From Octopus sinensis (Eukaryota), in assembly GCF_006345805.1 (NCBI RefSeq), contig NC_043005.1, positions 92,504,001-92,568,000 on the forward strand: 64,000 bases of DNA, read 5' to 3'. Shown here one piece after another: positions 1-12,599 of the stretch. Positions within the stretch are counted from its first letter, which is position 1. Every line of letters starts with the position of its first letter. The notes beneath the pieces are model-generated. The model saw only the letters and a list, made by a program, of their open reading frames with translations, searched no databases and was not told the origin of the DNA. The position numbers and the translations under genes were made by a program.

Positions 1-1720
1 GTTCCATGCTTCAGCAACTCTCAGCGTGAAAAAATGTTTCCTGAAGTCATGGGAGCTGTGCTGTTTTCTGACTTTGTAAATATGTCCACGGGTGTTAGAC
101 GGGTGGAGTTTGAAAAGGTGCTCAGAGTTATTGTTTGTAAGATGGTTGATAATTTTATGGATGTCTGCCAAGTCAGCTGCCAGACGTCGGAGTTTCAATG
201 TGTCCATGCCCAGGGAAGTAAGGCGTTCAGAATATGGCAAATGCCTGATGGAGGGTATTCTTTTGGTTGCACATCGCTGAACGGCTTCCAGACGATTCAT
301 ATCCTGGGCAAGATAGGGGTTCCAGACCGGTGATGCAGATAGATAGTCGGAGAGCAGCTCACAAAGGATTTGGTGAGTGATGCCAAGACACCCTCAGCCT
401 TCTTGACAATTTTAGCGATTTGTTTTGTCCAACGCAAATCACTGTCGACAATAACACCCAGGTCACGTTCACATGAAGACTTTTTGAGATTAGTGTTTCT
501 CCTCCAAAAATGCATGGTGGTACATTTGCCCACAGCCAGCTTGAGTTGCCAGTCCATGATCCACTGCTGCATTGTGTCCAGGTCTGCTTGCAATAGAGAT
601 CTATAGTGTACAGGATCTGACCTCTTTATTTCGAGGTACAGCTTGATGTCATCTGCATATTTCAGCACTGTGGCATTCTTTAAGTTGGCATCTATGTCAT
701 TAACATAAGCAACAAATAAAAGGGGGCCAAGAACAGATCCCTGTGGTACACCAGATGTCATCTCATAGGGCGAAGAGTGCTGTCCTAGAACTGTGACAAC
801 CTCGTTTCGGCCGAAAATAAAGGACTTCAACCAGTTATAGAGTTCGACTCCTATGCCCAGCGCAGAGGAGCTTCACCATAAGTCTTTTGTGTGGCACAGA
901 GTTAAAAGCCTTAGCAAAGTTCAGGTAAACAACATCCACCCAGTATCCGCGATCAATGATTTGGGTAACGTCCTCAAGAAACTCAATGAGTTGATTACAG
1001 CAGCTGGAGCTAGGAATAAATCCAAATTGTGATGGCTGGATGAGGCTGTGAGACTTCCAGAAGTTCCAGAGGGTTTCCCTGATACAGGATTCCATCAGTT
1101 TGGTGATGCAGCTAGTAAGACTAACGGCGCGATAGTTGACAGGCGATGTGCGGTCACCTTTTTTGAACAGAGGGATAATACTGGCAGTTTTCCACTGCTC
1201 TGGAGTAACACCATTGTCAAGACAGAATTGGAAGAATAGAGAAAGTTGGCTTAGAAGAAAGTACCCACCGCGTTTGAGAAGTAGGTATGTAACACCATCG
1301 AGACCAGGAGAGGCATAATTGCGTTTATTCTTAAGGTGGCGTTGTAGCATTGCTGGTGTAAATTGCATAGTAGATATAGAGTCCGGTGTCAGTGGTGATG
1401 AAGATGGAACATTTTGGTCTTCGACAGTAAAGATGCCGGCATAGCATCCAACAATGATTTCTGCGCATTCTTCGGGATTGCCAGTAATCTGTCCTGTGTG
1501 GGGATTGCGAAGGGGACCAACTGGAGAGTGAAGTCTCTGCTTTGAGTGCACATACTTCCAGAACACTTTGCTGTCAGGGTTGGTTGCAATGTGTTGTTCA
1601 AATTCAAGTACTGCCTTTTTTGTCACCTGCTTGAGGTGGTTGGCTGACCTATTGCGCTTTTTCCTGTTGCTCTCTGATTTGTGCAATTTGTATTCCTGTT
1701 CAGCATTACGGCGTTCTTTC
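1..1720 (-). mobile_element. CR1-clade LINE fragment (reverse transcriptase region), 5'-truncated, runs off the window start
   Basis: Minus-strand ORFs 835..1686 and 297..830 carry RT motifs (NYRAVSLTS, QFGF, VYLNFAKAFNSVPH, GVPQGSVLGPLLF, YADD) and a CR1-type C-terminus; frameshifts and deletions; near-identical inverted copy at 7410-9230. Confidence 0.9.
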
Positions 1721-2259
1721 TTTCTTTCTTTATATATATACTTTATTATATATACTTTCTATATATACTTTATTAAAAAGCAGCATAAATATCATAAAAA
1801 CTGTTACTCATTGTTTTTAGTTTCCGTTCGTCGGACAGTCTTGTTTATATATATAATTTTGCTTGACAAAATATTTTTCTGCCTAGTCGGCTTTCATTAT
1901 GATAAAGCTTTTGAAAATTTTCATCCTTTTCGTTAATTTGATACTGAACACGAATACATTCCGAGAATAAAGAATGTAAAAGAATAAATTTTCGAACAAA
2001 AACAGAATAGCAGATCGGAATAACCGAATGATTCGGCTGCTTCATTCTTTAACTCTTGAATAACCAACAGACGGTGATGCTTTGTTGACGGTTTTCTCTG
2101 AGCATGTTTCTTCATTTGTTTTATATATTTAGTGCGTGAATGTTCCTGGTCAAACAGCTAACGAATTATAATTCCAGAGCTATCAGTAGACAACTGACAT
2201 TTCCTCGTCGACAGCTTATTTCTAAAGGATTTTCTTTATATTCTGTTGTTTTCACAGAA

Positions 2260-2408
2260 ATGGAAGACATCGCCACCATGTTTCAGAATGCTGAAGAACT
2301 GGCAAGTTTTGGCAGACGGGAAGAAGCAATGAATCGATACTCTCAGTTCATAGATCTTGTTGAGTGTAAGCTAAAGGTGCTTCCGAACGAACCAGTAAAA
2401 TTTAAACT
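2260..2408 (+). CDS. TTC32: TTC32 coding exon 1
   Basis: ATG at 2260; donor GTAAGA at 2409 is the only nearby donor giving the phase 2 needed for exon 2. Confidence 0.75.
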
Positions 2409-3589
2409 GTAAGAGTTCCTTAATTTTTTTGTCTTCTATGTTTACCAATCTTTTATCGTATAACTTCCTCCCTCTGCTTCATGTCTATGACCCTCTCAAT
2501 ATAGTCAACAAAATAGTTATAGCCAAGTAAATCACACACTATGCTCTTAAACGAAAGAACCAAAGAAAAAAGAGCTACGAACAGATTTCATAAGGTGACT
2601 CTAGAATGCTATATCTAAATATAAATAAATAAAATACAAGCAAAAGAGACGGAATGGTCACGAACGGAATGTCATATCATCATGGGACTGTTTCGATCAG
2701 CGCTTGTCTGTGACTGCGTTTACCATTATACTACCTACGTCTTTCATAGCTTAGAAAATCTGCTGCATTACTATTATATGCACCAGGTCAACCATGATCA
2801 AGTAGACCTATGGAGCAAAGGCGTTCCATTTATGGCTATCCCGCATTATATGTAGCGTTTTTAGGCCTACATTATCCAACTGTTCCTATGAAGACGGTAA
2901 TGTATTTCAGGTAACCTCTACGATAGTCGAGTGACTGCATAGAGCTTCCCCCTCTTTAAACCGACATCGTGTGTGTGTGTGTACATATTGGTAAATACGA
3001 GTATTTGTATAGATGACTGCCTTACCTATCCGTCCCGGTGGATCGTTAGGGTATCTTTGTTTTATTATGGCCCTTGTTCTAAATACCATCGCCCCCCGCT
3101 GCCATCGGAGATCAACTTCACCTTTCGTCTTTCTGGAGGGCGAAATAATATTTTCCGTAAAGTATCCTAGATGTGAATAGAATTAATTATAATGGAAGAC
3201 CAAGACTAAAAACACATTTGGCGAATTCCAGATTGGTTTTTCAACTAATCCATTAAACAAAACAATGTAACGGAGACAAGCCAACGTGGATACTTTTATG
3301 TGTTGCTATACCTGCTAGAAATAACAGTCAATCTTCAAATCACGCTCTACCATCTTTAAACGGATAGGAAGAGAAAGAAAGACACCTTGGATGCTGTAAT
3401 TCTTGATACAGTGTGCCTGGAAAAATGATGGGATGGTCATTGTTGGAAGGTTTTTGACCATACAATTACAAGTGACCTTGGGCTAAACAACAAAAGCTGT
3501 TTAAATCGAGCTTGGTTGGTTATATTATAGGGTAATTAAATGTTTTTAATTTTAAATAATCACCACGGACAAAAACATTTACAACGACT

Positions 3590-3643
<54 letters not shown>

Positions 3644-6600
3644 GGAACGAAAATACCAAAATCTTTTGACGCTAATTTCTGAAATTCTCGATCTTTATTC
3701 ATTTTTTAGTTCAGCACAAGTCATATAGTGGGAATCAACTCTACTATACTGTTGGAAATAATTTTATCTATCTTTTCACCCTCCGTCATATCAGTAGAAG
3801 ATACCGTTGTATCGCTTTTGAGCTCTACTAATTACATCGACTCTCAATGAAGAAATTTTAATTGTTGAAGTTTAGATCATCTCTGGTCGAACAAACTTCA
3901 GATCAAAGATATTCCAGCCATGGTCGTTTCGCCCCCCTCTTCCTGCTCCGGGCGGATAGTATATCCAGGCCTATTGTATTAGCCAAAGTTTAAAATATAA
4001 ATTTGGGCTTTATGTTAAACCCAATTTTATATAGATTAATAGATTTCCTAAATGAAACAGGCTATTGAAAAGCTTTCCCTTGCGAGACACTCATCTAACA
4101 ATTGCTTTCCTGTGTGTCGATCGAGTGGATGATATGGTTAAGGGCAGGGTTCATGCAAAATCAAATATTTTACCTGTTGTAATACGTAAATTGAAAGAGT
4201 GTTTGCTCTTTCTAACCTATTTCTATTGTTATTGTTCACTTACTTATGTTAATTGCCTTCACAGTGTTTACCGTTTTACAAAATTAAATTTGAAAATTGG
4301 ACAAAATACAGAACACAATTGAAACAAATTAAAGAGAAAAAAAGGAAAAAACCAAAACAATTCACCACCTTGGGTTGAAAAGTTGGAGGCGCTGATAAAC
4401 CTTTCTGGTGGCTATTGAGGCACACCAACATGCAGCGGTGCTGCGGGTGATGTCGAAGCTGATGTGCTGGAACAGCCAAGCGCCCTCACAAGCCTCACCA
4501 GTTACCTCTGCAAGACAAGTTGCCAGTGAAGACAGGAAACTCGCAGTTAGTGGTCTGACCCCACCAAACGTCTTGAATGTCACAGGATGGAAAACGCAGT
4601 TGGCTGACAGGTCGCAGTATTTCAGGATTTTGTTCCGCTCAGCCACAGCAGCTGTGGATCTCACCCTGGCCACAGCATCTAGGATGAGAAGAAGCAAAGG
4701 AGTCACTAACTGTGACATCCCAAATAAGGCATCTGCCTTGCAACCAGGGGCACAGGGTAGGCCGTCAGGTCTCTTCCCATCACATCTGGACAATCCAAAT
4801 GGTTCCAAGATGGAGGGAATGTTTGCCGTGGCCAAGCTCCTCTTGAGTATCAGGTTCAACTCTGTATGACACGCGAAGTGACCAACATTCAGGCAGCAAG
4901 AAAGGCCATGGAGGACTGTGGAGTTGAGGAGTTTGCCACAACAACAGATCAAACCCGTGCATATATCAGCTCCCACTCTGAGGGCAATGGAGACACAAAG
5001 TTCGTCCAAGCTGAGTAGGCCACCAACATTAGCCACAGGGATGACAACAACAATCCACTCACCTGAGTATTTGATGCTAGCAGACAGTAAATGGCACCAA
5101 AGTATTTTTCATTTTATTCAAACATTAATGTGGGATTCAAGGGAGATTTGACAGCTAAAACTCAGGAAAAGTTGTAGGATTAGGAAGTTAACTTCACAAT
5201 AACAGGTTTCCAAATTTGATTCCACTGGTAAGCAGCTTAACTTCTATTATAGGCTTGTGTGTGAAATTGGGTTGGTAGAGACTATACAAAAGCTCATCAG
5301 ATGGACTACTTGTCACCTGGTTCATCACTACTGCCTAACCCTTTATTCTGTCACAAGCATTCAAACTAGGTGTCCGGACTAAAGGCATCAAAATCTTTCT
5401 CCCTTTTTCTCAAGAGCTTTGGAAGCCCTGAAAATAGTTGTGGATGCTGTCCTTTTTCCTCAGACTAAACCACACAATAAATACATGAATATATAAAAAG
5501 GGCTTCCTCATTAGCTCAGGGCTACTTTTCATTGCTATTTTACCTGTTCAATTTAACAACTTACTCCCTCCCTACTAGCTTTGAAATCCTGCATCTCAGC
5601 CCAGATAAAATGTGATGACCACAGTTAGAAATGCCAATTGACTATTTCATCTGAGTTTACTGCTTCTGTGCCCATAGTCCTTGTGAAGCTAATTGCTACA
5701 TCAGGGACAGTTCTAATCCTTTATCTAAAATATGTAAATGCAACCTCCTGTTTGATTGTCCCTTGATTACCTGTGCTGGTGCCACATATTTTACAGTACA
5801 CTCTGTATAGTGGTTGGTGTTAGAAAGGGCATCTAACTGTGGAAACCATGCTATGTTAGGGCAGGGGAAATAAACACTGGTTGTCAAATGGAGAGAGACA
5901 ATCACAACTTCTTCCCTGCACCCACATGTAAGTGCAGTCTTCCAACTTGCCAGATCCTGTCAAACTATCTCACTCATGGCAGCATGGAAGGAGGATATTA
6001 AATGATGATGAAGATGTCATCTATATATGATGGGTGTTACACATACTCATGTCAAATTCATTCACAAGACATCAGTCAGCCTGGAGCAACAGTAAAAGAT
6101 ACTTGCCCAAGATGCCATGCAGTGGAACTGAACCTGAACCCATGGAATTACAAAACATACTTCTTAACCACACACCATTGTCTGTACCTAGATAAAGGAT
6201 ATTCAGAATCAATTAAAAATATTATTTTTCTCCACTTCAAAAGTAATTTTTTCTTTTTATTTCATATCTTTTAAATATAATATATTTTGTATTATTTTCT
6301 ACTCTTGTGCAAAGCTCTGAATTTTTCGGTAAGTTTTTTTTCTTGAATTGATTCATTTTGCAACTGTAATTTGATTTCTAGTTAAAACTTTCATTAATGC
6401 TCTTCAGAAATACATGATTGATACAACTTCCCATTTCCCTTTGCCTGACATAATTTCCATGTAAGGAATTGTCATTCATTTCCATTGTAGACAAGAACAG
6501 ATTGCTCTGGCATACAACAATCGTGGTCATCTTCGATATTTGAATGTTGACTTTCCTGAAGCTGTTAGTGATTATACAAAAGGTTTAGATCATACACAAC

Positions 6601-9600
6601 TTCCAGTAACCTATTATAACCGAGGACTTATTCATTACAGGCTTGGTGAGTTTATTGCACATTTTTTTTTTTTTTATCATTGTTACAAAATCTGAAGATA
6701 TATTAATTCTTCAGTTATCAGACTGGTGTTTCTTTATAAAACAAAAATCTTTCTGCAAACTGTTTTGGAGCTAATTTTGTTCAACTGAGCTTTGAATTTT
6801 AAGATTAATCACTCTAAAAAAATTTGTCATTTAACTAATCTAAGTCAGGTTTATATATATACTAGCTTTTGGACCCGATTTCATTTGGGTCTGTTCTTGA
6901 ACTGCCTCATTTTAAAAACATGAAAAGTTTTTTAAAATAACGAAAAGTTTATTAAAAAATTAATTGGATAAAGGCAAGTATGCAAATGGATAATAGTCTC
7001 TCAAAAAGCCATCACTCACATACAACTCAATTTCGCAGAATCAGTGTCGCAACGTGAATGCATGAGTCAATAGTTTGACTGGCTGAAGTGATCAGGTTGC
7101 ACATGCCAGTCCTTTTGAGACTACCACTCTTGTTTTTTCCAATCCTAAAAGACAAAATGCAAACTGAATGGTTTGGAAAAATGGGAAAGGAAAAATTTTA
7201 AAGGGAGGGTGGCGCATAGACAACTGGTGTTCAATAAGAAGAAAGAGTTGTGTAGCATTGAGAGGACGGCGTGGAATTTTTAAGGTGACTGTGAGTGAAA
7301 AAGGAAAAAAATGTTAAATACGGGTGAACAGTCTTCATCAAAATAAAAACACATAGCTTACAGTTGTATTTGAAATGACGCAACCATTGAAAAGGCAATA
7401 TAGATAGTTAGTCCCCTTCGCAATCCCCACACAGGACAGATTACTGGCAATCCCAAAGAATGTGCAGAAATCATTGCTGGATGCTATGCCGGCATCTTTA
7501 CTGTTGAAGACCAAAATGTTCCATCTTCATCACCACTGACATCGGACTCCATATCTACTATGCTATTTACACCAGCAATGCTGCAACGCCACCTTAAGAA
7601 TAAACGCAATTATGCCTCTCCTCGTCTCGATGGTGTTACATACCTACTTCTCAAACGCGGTGGGTACTTTCTTCTAAGCCAACTTTCTCTATTCTTCCAA
7701 TTCTGTTTTGACAATGGTGTTACTCCAGAACAGTGGAAAACTGCCAGTGTCATCCCTCTGTTCAAAAAAGGCGACCGCACATCACCTGTCAACTATCGCC
7801 CCATCAGTCTTACTAGCTGCATCACCAAACTGATGGAATCCTGTATCAGAGAAACCCTCTGGAACTTCTGGAAGTCTCACAGCCTCATCCAGCCGTCACA
7901 ATTCGGATTTATTCCTAACTCCAGCTGCTGTAATCAACTCATCGAGTTTCTTGAGGATGTTACCCAAATCACTGATTGCGGATCCTGGTGGATGTTGTTT
8001 ACCTGGACTTTGCTAAGGCTTTTAACTCTGTGCCATACAAAAGACTTATGGTGAAGCTTTCTGCGTTGGGTGTAAGAGATGAGCTCTATAACTGGTTGAA
8101 GTCCTTTATTTTCGGCCAAAAAGAGGTTGTCACAGTTCTAGGACAGCACTCTTCGCCCTATGAGATGACATCTGGTGTACCACAGGGATCTGTTCTTGGC
8201 CCCCTTTTATTTGTTGCATATGTTAATGACATAGATGCCAACTTAAAGAATGCCACAGTGCTGAAATATGCAGATGACATCAAGCTGTACCTCGAAATAA
8301 AGAGGTCAAATCCTGTACACTATAGATCCCTATTGCAAGCAGACCTGGACACAATGCAGCAGTAGATCATGGACTGGCAACTCAAGCTGGCTGTGGGCAA
8401 ATGTACCACCATGCATTTTGGGAGGAGAAACCCAGTGTCCACCTACTCCCTCCACAACACTAGTCTCAAAAAGTCTTCATGTGAACGTGACCTGGGTGTT
8501 ATTGTCGACAGTGATTTGCGTTGGACAAAACAAATCGCTAAAATTGTCAAGAAGGCTGAGGGTGTCTTGGCATCACTCACCAAATCGTTTGTGAGCCGCT
8601 CTCCAGCTATCTATCTGTGGCTTTATATAGCTATGGTAAGACCTCACCTGGAATTTGCATCACCGGTCTGGAACCCCTATCTTGCCCAGGATATGAATCG
8701 TCTGGAAGCCATTCAGCGACGTGCAACCAAAAGAATACCCTCCATCAGTCATTTGCCATATCCTGAATGCCTTACTTCCCTGGGCATGGACACATTGAAA
8801 CTCCGACATCTGGCAGCTGACTTGGCAGACACCCATAAAATTATTAACCATCTTACAAACAATAACTCTGAGCACCTTTTCAAACTCCACCCATCTAATA
8901 CCCATGGACATATTTACAAAGTCAGAAAACAGCACAGCTCCCATGACTTCAGGAAACATTTTTTCACGCTGAGAGTTGCTGAAGCGTGGAACAAACTGCC
9001 GGCATCAATTGTTAGTTGTTGGAGCACTGCATCCTTCAAAACTTCCATGCTTTCTGAGATTCGCCAACACTACATCTGATTTTCTCCCCTCCATACACAC
9101 ACAAGCATGTATCTGACTCATACATTGTTCGCTTTCCAAACATTTTTACATTACTGCATATACTCTATACGCACTTTCTGACAAGTTGTGGTGCACCTGA
9201 GCACTGTATACAATAATTTCATTATTATTATAGCATGATGGGGGCCACTAAGGATTCTAAAAAAGCATGGAAAATAAGTGAATTTAATAAGCTTAACAAC
9301 TAACAAAAACGTATTGGTTTACATAGAATGAAGTGTTAACCAAAAAGTGAAAAGATAATAAAATGAAGAAATATAGCTCATTGAAAAATTAATGTTCAAA
9401 GAAGTAGTAAACCATTGCAATTTTTTGAAGAAATCGAGAGGCATTTATTTCTATGACCATTGAATTAAGATCTCTAAGTAGCAATCGAATAAAAGTAATT
9501 CAGCTTTAATAATGGACCAATCTATCCATGCAAGTAAGATAAAGTAAAAATGTGATAGTATTGTATTGTGGGATACTATTGATGCGTCATTAATTAAAAA

Positions 9601-10950
9601 ATCAATAAGCCTTCTCGGTGAAACAGGAAAAAATCACGCCTGTCATCTCGTGCCACTAAATCAAGAAAATAAAATTAAAAATAACCGTAAACGTGATTAT
9701 TTTTGTACTTAGCGGCAGAATTTTTGAATGAATCAAAATCCCAAAACTATTTCTCATCAAATCCTACAGAGTGGTATAATTTTTATGTAGAACAAATCAA
9801 AGATGCAAGCAGTAACCACAGCTTTTGAGATGGATATTTCTAACCTAGTCCAGTCGCTTCCTCACCTCATTTTACATGTCCTTGTAAATCAGGTATATTA
9901 GGTTCTCCAAAGCACATGTGAAGCTGCTTTTCACTGTGAAATATTGCCTCTGTTTGAAGGAAAACTCTGTTCCCTCAATTAAATTAAAGCATATCCCACC
10001 GTTGGGTCTGCCGCATTTTTTTACTGACAGCTTCTGTGTTGGGATATGTGTCAATTTAATTGAGGGATCAGAGTTCTCCTTCAAACAGGAACAACATTTC
10101 ATAGTGAAAAGCAGCTTCACATGTGCTTCGGAGAACCTGATATACGCACTAACCTGCTCTGGGTGTCAAGAGCAATATATAGGCCAAACAAAAAACAGTC
10201 TACGTCAAAGGATGGCTCTGCACAGATCCCAAATCAAAATTCCCAGAAACAGAAAATTAGCATTCAGCCAACACATTGACATTTGCACCAATAACAAAAA
10301 TCCAAGCTTCAGAATTTTTCCCCCTAAATCAATTCAGGGACGATACAACCTGTTGCCAACAAATTAGTCAAGAGATTCTCTTTATTACAAAATACAGACC
10401 CCTTTTGAACACATCTACAACAAACAACATATCCCCCACAGCCTTAGAATAACACAAACACACACGCAAATATTAAAAATGTTACATTCAAAAGATACTC
10501 AAGAATTCATGGCTTGCCCACCTGAAAAGTGAGAAAGAGAAAGAGAGAGGTTAAGAAAAAGATATGACTACAGAATAGGATAGAAAAGCAGTAAAGCGGG
10601 AAAATAGTGTGACAGCAGATTACAGATAGGTAATGTGTGTGTGTGTGTGTTTTTCAAAAATCACTGATGGTATTTAGATATTTATTTGTATGCTGTATAT
10701 TTTGTAAATCTATAATAGATATTTTTCATTTTGTTTGTTTGTTTATTTTGACTGTTTGTTTGTTACTACTAAACTAGTTTTCTGAATTGCAGGTTATTTT
10801 GATGAAGCTATCAGGGACATGCAAGAGGCTCTTAATCTTGACCCAAATTTCGAAAGTGCAAAACATTGTTTGCACCAGTCAACAGAAGACAAAAATGTTC
10901 ACAATAATCATGAATTGATAGATGAGAGAACCCATAGTAATTTCAGTTGA
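2260..10950 (+). CDS. TTC32: Tetratricopeptide repeat protein 32, join(2260..2408,6491..6645,10793..10950), 153 aa
   Basis: Spliced product MEDIATMFQNAEELAS...QEQIALAYNNRGHLRYLNVDFPEAVSDYTKG...[40 protein letters not shown] matches my recollection of TTC32 (LATAYNNRG...VDFYEAMDDYT...[31 protein letters not shown]). GT-AG sites with phases 2 and 1 are consistent; 462 nt including stop. Confidence 0.9.
4420..5095 (-). mobile_element. CRE-clade-like non-LTR retrotransposon 3' fragment (zinc knuckle plus restriction-like endonuclease)
   Basis: ORF 4362..5036: LRVGADIC...CCCG...LHGLSC...H.ELN.ILKRSL..ANIPSILEP.GL.R.DGKRPDGL, the C-terminal CCHC plus PD-(D/E)xK region of RLE-type LINEs; frameshifted after RPDGL. 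Confidence 0.7.
6491..6645 (+). CDS. TTC32: TTC32 coding exon 2 (TPR motifs)
   Basis: Acceptor ttgtag at 6490, donor GTGAG at 6646; encodes AYNNRGHLRYLNVDF...[11 protein letters not shown]. Confidence 0.9.
6862..6900 (-). mobile_element. Probable Helitron 3' terminus
   Basis: Minus strand ends CTAG followed by T, with hairpin GACCCG-N8-TGGGTC (6872-6891) 10 nt from the end. The 5' end was not located. Confidence 0.45.
7410..9230 (+). mobile_element. CR1-clade LINE, 5'-truncated, with 3' end and (ATT)n tail, in TTC32 intron 2
   Basis: ORFs 7560..8054, 7976..8365 and 8369..9079 give RT and C-terminal domain; one frameshift near 7985 and a premature TAG at 8363-8365; ends aataatttcattattatta. 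Confidence 0.92.
9893..10520 (+). mobile_element. Penelope-like element fragment (GIY-YIG endonuclease) with inverted 5' duplication
   Basis: ORF 9918..10367 contains FTCASENLIYALTCSGCQEQYIGQTKNSLRQRMALHRSQI (GIY-YIG); 9893-9998 is an inverted copy of 10040-10145. Confidence 0.85.
10793..10950 (+). CDS. TTC32: TTC32 coding exon 3 (terminal)
   Basis: Acceptor ttgcag at 10792; [20 protein letters not shown]...NFS, TGA at 10948-10950. Confidence 0.9.
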
Positions 10951-11579
10951 AGACAATTAATTAAAGATAGTTGAAGTTATATAATTACTTATAAATGGGA
11001 CAATACTAGTGTACCTGTTTAATAATTATAATTCACCAAAGAAAGCAATTAAAAAACACACAGTACTTATAATTATTGCATGTCCCACACTCATCTGAAT
11101 CTCTTAATTTCAAATGGATCTTTCCAAATTTTACATTTATCTCATTTAATGGAGTATTTAAATGTCCTATGGTAATTCAGATATATCTCAGTATTTTAAC
11201 ATATCTAAATTTCCATTTGCTTGTAAAAAAATTCATATTGCAAGAACAATACTAATTACAAACATTGGCTGCAGAATATTTCATTAAAAGTGAAGAGCTA
11301 CATGATAAACTAATGCATTATACATCAATAAAAATGTGACTGACTCAAAATCAACACAAAAGAACTTTATAATGCAAATACTAAAAATTGTCTAATATAA
11401 TGCTGTAAAGACTGACTTCATTAAAGCATATATTATTTGTAAAAATTATAAAGACTTGATCTTTGTTATCTAGTTATATTTGATACATCTTATTACGAAC
11501 TGAGTTTTTTTTTTTTGATATGTTAAATGTGCAAACATTATGGTATTGTTAACCATGAATGATGGTATCTCAATATATA

Positions 11580-11775
11580 TGAATGGCAGTGAGCTGGCAG
11601 GTTTTACCATGCCACCTCAAATTCCGATGAGATCGACTTTGCCTTTCGTCCTTTCAGGGTCGATTAAATAAGTACCAGTTACGCACTGGGATCGATATAA
11701 TCGACTTAATCCGTTTGTCTGTCCTTGTTTGTCCTCTCTGTGTTTAGCCCCTTGTGGGTAGTAAAGAAATAGGTC
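11580..11775 (+). mobile_element. Octopod-type SINE body fragment
   Basis: gtcgactttgcctttcgtcctttcagggtcgattaaataagtaccagttacgcactggg motif, recurring at about 17970-18115 (+), 26380-26590 (-) and in degraded form elsewhere. Confidence 0.65.
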
Positions 11776-12099
11776 TTACCATGCCACACTAAATGCTTCA
11801 TGACATTTTTGTCTGTCTTTATGTTCTGAGTTCTAATTTTGCCAAGTTCAACTTTGCCTTTCATCCTTTCAGAGTTGATAAAAAATTTACTTGTTGAGAA
11901 CTGGGGTCAACTCACCCCCTTCCCTGAAATTGTTGGCTTTGTGCCAAAATCTGAAATCAATATATATGAATTGAGTTAACAAATATATTTCAACTGAAAT
12001 TTATTACTACATACAAGCAGGATATTATTAGAGAATATGTTTCTAATTCTAAAAATTAAAATGATCCAAAGTTGAGCATTGATATTAACATAAATTCAT

Positions 12100-12495
12100 A
12101 GGCGCAGGAGTGGCTGTGTGGTAAGTAGCTTGCTTACCAACCACACGGTTCCGGGTTCAGTCCCACTGCGTGGCATCTTGGGCAAGTGTCTTCTGCTATA
12201 GCCCCAGGCAGACCAATGCCTTGTGAGTGGATTTTGGTAGACAGAAACTGAAAGAAGCCTGTCGTATATATGTATGTGTGTGTATACGTTTGTGTGTCTA
12301 TGTTTGTCCCCCTAGCATTGCTTGACAACCGATGGTGGTGTGTTTATGCCCCTGTCACTTAGCAGTTCGGCAAAAGAGACCGATAGAATAAGTACTGGGC
12401 TTACAAAGAATAAGTCCCGGGGTCGATCTGCTCGACTAAAGGCGATGCTCCAGCATGGCCGCAGTGAAATGACTGAAACAAGTAAAAGAGAGAAA
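12100..12495 (+). mobile_element. tRNA-derived SINE, near full length
   Basis: A-box-like TGGCTGTGTGGT and B-box-like GGTTCAGTCCC, body, 3' end cagcatggccgcagt..aatgactgaaacaagtaaaagag; sister copies at 41245-41630, 56390-56700, 60890-61105. Confidence 0.8.
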
Positions 12496-12599
12496 AGAGA
12501 AAGAGAGAGTTGTTCTTTGTATACGAGCTTGATTAAGACGTCTAGTGTATTTTATTTATTAATGTTTCATAACTATTTGAATTCCCAATATATTTCTGT

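Noticed and set aside
10515-10540. ccacCTGAAAA after the Penelope fragment
   Set aside because: Resembles the start of the 52848 hammerhead but is mutated and truncated, with no stems.
12100-12175. tRNA-like A and B boxes
   Set aside because: Head of a SINE repeated several times in the window; no complete cloverleaf, so not a tRNA gene.
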